64,000 nt of DNA from Terriglobia bacterium (GTDB lineage: Bacteria > Acidobacteriota > Terriglobia > JAJPHL01 > JAPKYU01): positions 96,001 to 160,000 of the forward strand of contig CBDBKE010000002.1 in the NCBI GenBank assembly GCA_965206645.1. Reading direction: 5' to 3'. The notes under the pieces are model-generated. The model saw only the letters and a list, made by a program, of their open reading frames with translations, did not search any database and was not told where the DNA came from. Made by a program: the position numbers and the translations under genes. This document shows, piece after piece, positions 1-8,290 of this stretch. How positions within the stretch are numbered: the stretch's first letter is position 1; the number at the start of each line of letters is the position of its first letter.

Positions 1-92
1 CAACAGCGACTATAGCCCTTCCGCACACCAAACGGCAGGAGGCTGGGCATGGGCGGAAGCGTCCTGAGCCGAGGCGGGTTTGGGGGCCGCTG

Positions 93-3044
93 TCAGTCGA
101 TATAGAGGAACTCGTTGGTGAGGAACAGCAGGTGGCAGAAGCTTTCGAGCGCTTCTTTGCGAGCCTGTTCCGGCGCGGCGTTGGACTTCAGATACAGATC
201 TTCCTCGCGCGCCAGATGCGCCCGCGCGATTTGTACTTCCTCGCGGGAGGGCTTGCGGGAGAGAGCCAGCAGATACGCTTTTTCAATCTTCTCTTCCAGA
301 TTGCCATTGGACATGCTGGCGACCCGCTCGGCAAAGGCGCTGGCGTTCTCGACGACGAAATCATCGTTCATCAGTGTGAGCGATTGCAGGGGCGACACCG
401 AGTTCATGCGCCGGTTGCAATTGGTCTGCATGATGGGGGCGTCGAAGGTCTCCAGGAACCCCAGCGGGAAGTAGCGCCGCGCCAGCACGTACACGCTGCG
501 CCGCCAGATTCCTGTGGGCTCGGCGTCAACCGGCTCACCTTTCCCGTCGGTGTGAGGGTTCAGCTTCTTCAGGCCGTCGGCCATCAGCGGGCCCTCGACG
601 GCAGGCCCGCCCATAGTCCATTCCAGCTTGCCGCTGGTGGCCATGATGGCATCGCGCAAGGTTTCTGCTTCCAGCCGGCGCAGGTTCATGCGCCACAAAT
701 GCCGGTTTTCCGGGTCCACTTTGAGCGCAAGCGAGCCGCCCGACGGCCGCTCGGACGATTGGCGGTAGGCTGTGGAAGTCATGGTTAGCTTATGGAGCTT
801 TTTGATACTCCAGCCCTGACGCATGAACTCGACCGCCAGCCAGTCGAGCAGCTTGGGATGCGTCGGCGGCTTCCCTTGCTTGCCGAAGTTGGCCTGGGTT
901 TCCACGATGCCGCGCCCAAAGTGATGCTGCCAGACGCGGTTCACCATCACGCGGGCGGTGAGCGGATGGTCGGGGCTGATCAGCCAGCGCGCAAACGCCA
1001 GCCGGTAGCCGCTGGTTTCGCCCTTTGTGTCCGGCGGCCGGACCGCATCGGTCTCTCCGGGCGGACTGACGACCTCCAGGAACCCAGGCTGGACCGGCGG
1101 CCCGGGACGCCCGACTTCGCCGCGCTGCAACAGGCGAATCTTGGGCGGCGGCGCGAGTTCCCACAACACCTGGATTTTGTCCCAGGAGCGGCGATAGCCG
1201 TTCAGGATCTTGATCTGCTCGGTCAGCTTCTCGTGAGTGGCGCGGTGCTCCTCGTTTAGGGCCTTGACTACTTCCTCCGGGGTAACGGTGAGCTTCTCAA
1301 ATCTGGCGGCCAAGAATTTTTGCACCGCGTCCCGCTCCTCCTCGGGCGTGGCCAGAGCCTCTTTCGTCTCCGCCCGGATATTTTCCGGAAGCTCCTTCAG
1401 CTTGGCTTCGAGCAGGTTTTCCCGGTAGGGTCCGTAGATGGCTTCCAGCTGCTCCTTGAGTTTGGCCACAGGTTTATCAATCTCGGCGTTGTGGCGCTCG
1501 ATCTCCTCCTGCTCCGCTTTGGAGACGCTCGGGAGAAAATGGTTCTTCGGTTGCAGCCAGTGGACCGGGTTGTAGCCGGTGGCAAAGACCGCCAGCATGC
1601 GGTAGTAGTCCTTTTGCGGAATCGGATCGTACTTATGGCTGTGGCAGCGAGCGCAGCCCACGGTCAAACCCATCAGGCCGGTGGAGACCTTCTCCATCAA
1701 GTGGAAGAGCACGTCATACCGCTCTCCCGGCAGATTCACGACGTCCTGATCGGTGCGGTCAAAGACTGAGCGCAGATAGCCGGTGGCGATCAGCTTGTCC
1801 AGGACCTCCGGCGTGTACTTCTCAGCTGAGCGCCAGTCCACCAGTTCATCGCCGGCCAATTGCTCCACTAAGAACTGGTCGTAGGGCATGTCCTGGTTGA
1901 ACGCGCGGATTACCCAATCCCGGTAGCGCCACATGCCCTCTGCGACAATCGCGCCCTCAACGCCGCCATCAAACCCGATCACATCGGTGTAGCCAGCCGC
2001 ATCCAGCCAGTGGCGGCCCGATCGCTCGCCGTAGTGCGGCGAGGCGAGAAGCTTATCGATGAGTCGCTCGTACGCGTCCGGCTTGTTGTCCGCCAGGTAC
2101 GCCCGGATGTCTTCTGGGGACGGCGGCACCCCGATCAGGTCCAGCCAGGCGCGGCGCATCAAAGTGACCTTGGAGGCATCGGGCGAGAAGCTGAGTCCCT
2201 TGGCTTCAAGCTGCGCCAGCAGGAAGACGTCAATCGGCGTGCGCACGCGCTGCCGATTCTTCACAGACGGGACGGCTTCGGCGACCGGCGCCTGGAACGC
2301 CCAGAACTGGCGGTCTTTCTCTGTGACCGGCGGCGCTTCGGCCTGATTGAAAGTGGTGCGCGCCACGTGCGGCCGCAGGAGGCGCAAATCGGAGGTATCA
2401 ATCCAGCGGGCCAGGGTGCGGATTTCGGCGTCGCTCAGGGGTTCACCCATCCCCGGCGGCGGCATGTCGCGAGAGGTCACCTTACGGATCAGGATGCTTT
2501 TGGTCGAACCGAGGTCGGAAAGCACGGGCCCGTTTGCGCTTCCCTTTAGCACCGATTCAAGCATGCGCAGATCCAGGCCACCCATGGGGTTATCCGTGCC
2601 ATGGCAAGTGAAGCAGCGCCTTTTGAAGATGGGCAACGCCAGTTTCTCGAACCGCGCCGTCTCTTCTTTGGTTTTGGCGGCGATAGTGGCTTCTTCATCC
2701 GAGGGGGCCCCCGCCTCAATCCAGCGCCGGATGCTGCCGATTTGCGCGTCCGTCAGCCTCATCTTGAATGCGGGGGGCGGCATCATCCGCTTGGAGACCT
2801 TTTCGTACAGCAGGCTTTTTTCGGGCGATCCTTTCAGCACCACCGGACCCTCATGACTGCCGCGCAGGATGGAGGTGGCCGTGCGCAAATCCAGCCCGAC
2901 CATCGCGGTGCCGCCATGGCAACTGAAGCAATTGGCCTCAAAGATCGGCTTGACGTCCCGTTCAAAGCTGGGCTGCGCGAAGACGGTCATTGCGGACAGC
3001 GCGCCCAACGCTGCAACCTGACTCAGCAGACGAGCAAACCGCAT
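93..3044 (-). CDS. DUF1549/DUF1553 (PSCyt2/PSD1) protein with two N-terminal planctomycete cytochrome c domains
   Basis: CFSCHG and CFTCHG heme motifs, YGERSGRHWLD, CARCHSHKYDP, THPKLLDWLA. Start moved to ATG 3044 (MRFARLL, signal peptide, AAGGAG upstream); the ORF-track start overlaps the upstream gene. Confidence 0.9.
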   Translation of the reverse strand: MRFARLLSQVAALGALSAMTVFAQPSFERDVKPIFEANCFSCHGGTAMVGLDLRTATSILRGSHEGPVVLKGSPEKSLLYEKVSKRMMPPPAFKMRLTDAQIGSIRRWIEAGAPSDEEATIAAKTKEETARFEKLALPIFKRRCFTCHGTDNPMGGLDLRMLESVLKGSANGPVLSDLGSTKSILIRKVTSRDMPPPGMGEPLSDAEIRTLARWIDTSDLRLLRPHVARTTFNQAEAPPVTEKDRQFWAFQAPVAEAVPSVKNRQRVRTPIDVFLLAQLEAKGLSFSPDASKVTLMRRAWLDLIGVPPSPEDIRAYLADNKPDAYERLIDKLLASPHYGERSGRHWLDAAGYTDVIGFDGGVEGAIVAEGMWRYRDWVIRAFNQDMPYDQFLVEQLAGDELVDWRSAEKYTPEVLDKLIATGYLRSVFDRTDQDVVNLPGERYDVLFHLMEKVSTGLMGLTVGCARCHSHKYDPIPQKDYYRMLAVFATGYNPVHWLQPKNHFLPSVSKAEQEEIERHNAEIDKPVAKLKEQLEAIYGPYRENLLEAKLKELPENIRAETKEALATPEEERDAVQKFLAARFEKLTVTPEEVVKALNEEHRATHEKLTEQIKILNGYRRSWDKIQVLWELAPPPKIRLLQRGEVGRPGPPVQPGFLEVVSPPGETDAVRPPDTKGETSGYRLAFARWLISPDHPLTARVMVNRVWQHHFGRGIVETQANFGKQGKPPTHPKLLDWLAVEFMRQGWSIKKLHKLTMTSTAYRQSSERPSGGSLALKVDPENRHLWRMNLRRLEAETLRDAIMATSGKLEWTMGGPAVEGPLMADGLKKLNPHTDGKGEPVDAEPTGIWRRSVYVLARRYFPLGFLETFDAPIMQTNCNRRMNSVSPLQSLTLMNDDFVVENASAFAERVASMSNGNLEEKIEKAYLLALSRKPSREEVQIARAHLAREEDLYLKSNAAPEQARKEALESFCHLLFLTNEFLYID

Positions 3045-3048
3045 GGTC

Positions 3049-4540
3049 TCAGGTCTCCTTCGGCGGGTTCTTGAGGATGCCGGCGACAATGCGTGCGCCT
3101 GTGACGCTGACATTGGTGGGGGTTTTTTCCCGTCCCTCGTGGGAAAAGGTAAGCCGCTTATGATTGAGTCCGAGCTGATGCAGCAGAGTGGCTTGCAAAT
3201 CGGGGACACCCACACGATTCACTGTGGACTTGTAGCCAAACTCGTCGGTCTCCCCGTAGGCCAGGCCCTCCTTGAAGCCGCCGCCGGCCAGCCAGAGGCT
3301 GAACGCGTTGCGGTTGTGGTCTCGCCCGTCGGAGTTTTGGGTGGTCGGAAGGCGCCCGAACTCGCCCGCCGACATCAGAATAGTGGTCTCCAGCAGGCCG
3401 CGGCTCTTCAGGTCTTTCAGCAAGGCGGCAATGGGCTGGTCGGTTTGGGCGCAAATCTCCGGCATGTTCTTCTTGATATTGAAGTGATGGTCCCAAGGCT
3501 GGCCTTTCCCCGGATAGATCTGCGCAAAGCGAACGCCAGCCTCGACCAGACGGCGCGCCATGAGGCAGCGCAAACCGTAGCTGGCGGTCACAGGGTTGTC
3601 CAGCCCGTAGAGCTTCTTAGTAGTTTCCGACTCCTTGGAGATGTCCAGGACATCCATCGCGGCCAGTTGCATGCGCGCTGCCAGCTCGTAGTTCTGGATG
3701 CGCGCCTCCAGCTCGGAGTCTTCCGTGTGGCGGCCGAGGTGCATCTTGTTCAGCTTAGCCAGCGTGTCCAGCCGTTCCCGCTGCGCGCCGGGCGGCGGCG
3801 GCACCGTGGGATGCAGGTGGCGGACCGGCGTTCCGGTGGAGCTGAACTCCACTCCCTGGTAGAGCGCCGGTAGGAAGCCGCTGGTCCAAAGCTGCTTGCC
3901 CAGCGTCGGGTACCCCTCCGGGTCGCGCAACGCCACAAACGCGGGGAGATTCTGATTCTCCGTGCCGAGCGCGTACGACACCCACGCCCCCAGCACCGGA
4001 CGGCCAGCGAAGATGCGGCAGGTCATCAGCATGTTAAGGCCTTCCGGATGGTTGTTGTGCTCGGTGTGCATCGAGCGAATCAGGCAGATGTCGTCGACGA
4101 CTGTAGCCAAGTGTGGAAGCGTCCCGCCCAGCTCAATGCCGCTCTGTCCGTGCCTGCGGAACTGGAACGGGCTGGCCAGTAGCACGTTGGCATTGTTGGG
4201 CTGATGGATTTCGACCCCGTCGGGGTGCGGCTTGCCAGACCATTTCGTCAGCTCGGGCTTGGATTTCGACCCCGTCGGGGTGCGGCTTGCCAGACCATTT
4301 CGTCAGCTCGGGCTTGGGATCGAACAGGTCCATCTGGCTGGGGCCGCCAGTCTGCACAAATTGGATCACAGCCTTCGCCGTGCCCGGGAAGTGGCCCTTC
4401 CGCGGCTTCAGGTCGTTGTAGAAGCGGCGGTCCTCATCGGCTCTCAGCAAACTGGCAAGGGCGACGGTGCCCAGGCCGAGGCCGGACATTTCCAACAGTT
4501 TGCGGCGGGAGATGTATTCCGGAAGATCATCCCAAAACAT
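3049..4540 (-). pseudogene. DUF1501 protein frameshifted by a 55-bp tandem duplication (possibly an assembly artefact)
   Basis: N-terminus MFWDDLPEYISRRKLL (Tat) and GGPSQMDLFDPKP; C-terminal part GEFGRLP, GRDH in another frame. Removing one copy of 4206-4260/4261-4315 restores ...DGVEIHQPNNANVLLASPF. Confidence 0.85.
4206..4315. repeat. Perfect 55-bp tandem duplication
   Basis: ggatttcgaccccgtcggggtgcggcttgccagaccatttcgtcagctcgggctt occurs twice in tandem. Confidence 0.95.
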
Positions 4541-4941
4541 TGCGCACACCTCCTGGAACCCAGGCACTCGCACCAAGGTATGCAGTGAACAATCACAATT
4601 CTAATGTGCCTGACTCCGCGGCACAAGCGAATCGTGACGAATCGTGACAGGCAGCACTTTCACTGAGAGTAGATAGGTCCCGCCTAGCTTCCGACTGACA
4701 GAGGCCAGACAGGACCCGTAGGAACGGCGTTGGTTCCTCAGGAGTCGGCTAGCGTTTACCGATGCTGCCACGCAGCCCACCAATCTAACCAGCATTGTTG
4801 GTGACAGGGCGGTGTATCTCGTGCCGCTTGGACTCCACCAGTACAGCAGCGGAAGACCACCGGGCCGATTGGCCCGGTCGCCGCGTTGACTTAGCTGAGG
4901 GCGCAGCGCAGCATGGCCCCCAAGAGGGAGGCTTCTTGCCC

Positions 4942-5006
4942 ATGGTCGGCCGGCCGCTCGGGCACTACCGCAGCCTGGAGAAGCTGGGCAGGGAAGCATG
5001 AACGTG
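4942..5006 (+). pseudogene. N-terminal remnant of a Hanks-type Ser/Thr protein kinase
   Basis: MVGRPLGHYRSLEKLG then a shifted M-N-V resembles the common kinase start MIGxxLGHYRILEKLGxGGMGVV; GGAGG upstream. Confidence 0.55.
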
Positions 5007-5121
5007 GGCCACCCCTTTGCCTGTCTTCTGTCGGTGAATAGAGAAGTCGGATATACATCTGTCAGGCAGGAAAAGTCCATGGAAATAGCGGTTCACCATA
5101 TGAGCTAAATATGAGCTAAAA

Positions 5122-6087
5122 TTGCACGCGCCGATGGGGATACGAGCGGACTTCTGGAAGACGTTTTCCGTATTGAAGGCCTTAGACGCCTCTGATTTGG
5201 CGAAATCCTTCATGTCTGGGGAGGAACGCAATGGAAGTCTGATATCTCTCATGACCGGTCGTTTTGAGAAGGAATTGGTCCGACATAACTTGACCGTAGA
5301 TGTTGCGGCACGCCACTCAGCCGGAGGATCTTTTGAATGGTTTCTTACGAATCTTTTCTTATATTCGGAGCACCTGGACTCCTATGTCTCTATGGCCGGA
5401 TTTCAGTTGGCGCGACTATGTGCACAGTTGCATTATCAGCCTGCAGACGCATTTCTTAATGATTGGCTGTGCATGTCCAAGAAGGAAATTCTCCTGGAGC
5501 AACTTGGGCCGGAACAGTCCTACTCGAGTTCAATCTACCTGTCGCACCTGTGGGTCGAGAACGTAGCGGCAAGGCGTATCTTCTTTGCCCGCCAGATCCA
5601 AGCTCTTGCGAACTCTATGGGGCTCAGGCTTTCGGAGTCTCGAATACTAGATGTAGGCAGCGGCATGGGAGGTACTCTGCGTCTATTTACCGACGCTCAA
5701 GAGCGAATCGGAATAGACATCTCCGAACCAATGGTGCATTGGTGCAATGAAACGAGTAATGAAGGCGAAAGATATGCGGTTATGGATTCCAGGAGCCTGG
5801 ACTTTCCCGAGAACTGGTTCGATATTATTTTAAGTTTCGACGTTCTGGAGCATATTTTGGAACCTAGACTCGCCCTGCAGGAGATGGCCCGTGTAGTGCG
5901 TCCCAGTGGTGTTGTTGCGATTGTCTATCCTTTTGGATCTGACGATTGGGATAGCCACATTTCCCTTGTTCGAAAGTCGACATTCGATGGTTGGTTGCGT
6001 GGAAGCGGGTATGAAGTTCTTGCGGAAGCTACAGCTCCCCGGGAAGTCTATCCCTGTTCTGTATGCTATTTGCTCAGGGCGTCATGA
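5122..6087 (+). CDS. Class I SAM-dependent methyltransferase
   Basis: RILDVGSGMG, FDIILSFDVLEH, EMARVVRPSG motifs; visibly more AT-rich than flanks; start uncertain. Confidence 0.85.
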   Translation: MHAPMGIRADFWKTFSVLKALDASDLAKSFMSGEERNGSLISLMTGRFEKELVRHNLTVDVAARHSAGGSFEWFLTNLFLYSEHLDSYVSMAGFQLARLCAQLHYQPADAFLNDWLCMSKKEILLEQLGPEQSYSSSIYLSHLWVENVAARRIFFARQIQALANSMGLRLSESRILDVGSGMGGTLRLFTDAQERIGIDISEPMVHWCNETSNEGERYAVMDSRSLDFPENWFDIILSFDVLEHILEPRLALQEMARVVRPSGVVAIVYPFGSDDWDSHISLVRKSTFDGWLRGSGYEVLAEATAPREVYPCSVCYLLRAS

Positions 6088-6194
6088 TAGGGAAAGCCAA
6101 AGAGTGAACCTGAGCTGAAGATCATGTTCTCTTGAATATGTCACTGCCCGCCCATGCCGGAACACACACAAAATTGCGACGTGCAATATGGCGT

Positions 6195-6294
6195 GCCTAA
6201 CAAGCAAATGCACTCCGACCGCCAAACCGCGCCGCAGTTTGGTACCCTCGCTCGCCACAGCTCGCTCGGCGGCGGGTGATTTGCGCCGTTAGCC
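6195..6294 (+). mobile_element. Integron attC recombination site
   Basis: R'' GCCTAAC (6195) ... R' GTTAGCC (6288); arms CAAATGCACTCCGACCGCC / GGCGGCGGGTGATTTG pair with unpaired extra bases on the left arm; 100 bp; downstream of a co-oriented ORF. Confidence 0.8.
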
Positions 6295-6441
6295 TCCTGG
6301 AGGATCACCGCTAAAGTTGAGTCGCTGAGACTTACCCCGGATTTCCTTTATGAACTATCGGCGGCAACCTTCTGAATGACTCCAACGTCAGTATTGATGC
6401 GGGTTCCAGCATCAACATTGCCTTCCGGAGGTGTACACCGA

Positions 6442-7770
6442 ATGGGTGAGAGCCAAAAACAGGCGTTTCAACTGTCATTCAACCGGTTTCTGCGGGTCAC
6501 ATTTCAGGGATCGCGAATCACTTCCGACGGCGGTCTGATTGTGGTGCGCGAGTTGGACGAACGTTTGGGGTTCGGCGAACTTATCGAACAGCACTTGATC
6601 GACTCTCGGGGGAAGAACACCCGGTTGCCCCTCGCTGACTTGCTGCGGCAGTCCATCTACAGCCGCTTGGCAGGATACGAAGACGTCAACGACGCCGAGC
6701 GGCTTTCCCGAGATCCGACGTTCCGGGTGATCGGTTCGGAGAAGATCTGGGAACGTGGCGCAGCCCTGACTTCCCGGTTACAGTCGTTCGAGACAGAACT
6801 GCTGACGCAAGACGAGAACCTTGCTGGTTTGGCAGCGATCAACCGGGATTTGATCGCCAGGGCGGAAGCTATGGATGCGCCGCGCCGGGTGGTGCTGGAC
6901 ATGGACAGCACCGAGATCCCGGTCTACGGCGAACAGGAGCAGAGCGCCTACAACGGGCATTTCGAGTCGAGTTGCTATCACCCGTTGTTGCTGTTCAGTC
7001 GCGAGGGTGACTGTCTGGCGGCCAAGCTGCGACCCGGCAACGTGCACAGCGCCGAGGATTGGGAAGAACTTCTCCTGCCAGAGATCGAACGGCAGCAGAA
7101 GCTGGGCAAGGAAGTGGTGTTTCGCGCCGACGCCGCCTTCGCCAAGCCGGAGATCTACGACGCACTGGAGGAGCGGGACGTGAAGTATGCGATTCGCATC
7201 CCGGCCAACGACAGTCTGGAGAGGGACATCGCGGAGTTGTTGACGCGGTCAGTGGGGCGACCGAGCCACAAGCCGGTGGTCTGGCACAAGAGCTTTCTCT
7301 ACCAGGCAGCCAGTTGGAAAAAGGCGCGGCGGGTGGTGGCGAAGGTGGAGTTCCACTTTGGCGAACTGTTCCCTCGCGTGGGGTTCATCGTCACCAATCT
7401 GGAGACCGACAGCCGGGCGGTGGTCCGGTTCTACAACAAGCGGGGCACCGCAGAGCAATGGATCAAGGAAGGCAAGCAGGCGGTAAAGATGACCCGGCTG
7501 AGTTGCCATCGGTTTCGGTCGAACGAGGTGCGCCTATGGCTGAGCCTGATCGCCTACAACTTGGGAAACCTGTGGCGGCGGCTGGTGCTACCGAAGAGGA
7601 TCAATAACTGGTCGCTGACGAGTTTGCAGCAGCGGCTGGTGAAAACGGGCGGACGGCTGGTGAAACATGCGCGATATTACTGGCTTTTGCTGGCCGAAGG
7701 GCACTTGAGCCGGAGGCTGTTCAGCAGCATGCTGCGAACGATCTCGGCACTGCCGCTGCCAGACGGCTAG
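6442..7770 (+). CDS. IS1380-family DDE transposase
   Basis: ITSDGG, GYEDVNDAERL, LDMDST, CYHPLL, FRADAAF, YNKRGTAEQWIKEGK; ATG 6442 follows GGAGG. Confidence 0.95.
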   Translation: MGESQKQAFQLSFNRFLRVTFQGSRITSDGGLIVVRELDERLGFGELIEQHLIDSRGKNTRLPLADLLRQSIYSRLAGYEDVNDAERLSRDPTFRVIGSEKIWERGAALTSRLQSFETELLTQDENLAGLAAINRDLIARAEAMDAPRRVVLDMDSTEIPVYGEQEQSAYNGHFESSCYHPLLLFSREGDCLAAKLRPGNVHSAEDWEELLLPEIERQQKLGKEVVFRADAAFAKPEIYDALEERDVKYAIRIPANDSLERDIAELLTRSVGRPSHKPVVWHKSFLYQAASWKKARRVVAKVEFHFGELFPRVGFIVTNLETDSRAVVRFYNKRGTAEQWIKEGKQAVKMTRLSCHRFRSNEVRLWLSLIAYNLGNLWRRLVLPKRINNWSLTSLQQRLVKTGGRLVKHARYYWLLLAEGHLSRRLFSSMLRTISALPLPDG

Positions 7771-7929
7771 CGACCCAGGAGAGAGGGTAATTTTAGGTGC
7801 TCAGAAGTGGTCGGGCCGGACAAGTGTCAGCGGCGAGGCAGGCTGGGCAGGCGAAACCCGCACAGCGACTCCGAAGAACAGCCAAAATGTGCCGCACTAC
7901 CACCTCAAAGAGGCCCGGGCGATTTGCGA

Positions 7930-7958
7930 TTGACACGACAGGGTAAGAGGCATAGGTT
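7930..7958 (+). promoter_or_regulatory. Outward-facing sigma70-type promoter in the IS1380 right end
   Basis: TTGACA-N17-TAGGTT; copy 2 has TTGACA-N17-TAGCTT at the equivalent position. Confidence 0.55.
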
Positions 7959-8172
7959 TTCGGGTGAAGGGGAAGCTCAAAATGGAAATTCCGGCTTACA
8001 GGATTAGCCTCCGGTTTGGAGAATCAGTCCCGCCATGTCTCGAAGGCCATACCGGCCGCATCGCCAGTTTCGATGCCAGTTTCGATGGTTGACGGCCCAC
8101 TCGGAACTAATCCACTTGTCTGTATAACGCCCTTATCGCGGAAACTGACCCACTACCAGGCTCCCGGAGCGC

Positions 8173-8201
8173 TTGACAGTACTTAGGGACACATCTAGAC
8201 T
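8173..8201 (+). promoter_or_regulatory. Sigma70-type promoter
   Basis: TTGACA-N17-TAGACT, 90 bp upstream of the 8291 start. Confidence 0.6.
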
Positions 8202-8290
8202 GTGGCGTGGAGGCTGGGGTGGATACAATAGCCCAACCGGTGTTTGTGCAGGACCTTCTTCCCCACAATTAGTCTACTGAGGACAAGCTG

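Larger units (their letters stand above)
6336..7994 (+). mobile_element. IS1380-family insertion sequence, copy 1, intact
   Basis: IRL CCCGGATTTCC, IRR GGAAATTCCGG, 5-bp target duplication CTTAC at 6331-6335 and 7995-7999. Confidence 0.93.

Noticed and set aside
8122-8160. GTATAACGCCCTTATCGCGGAAACTGACCCACTACC as a half attC, attI/dif-like site or element end
   Set aside because: Single short motif with no partner or second copy in the window.
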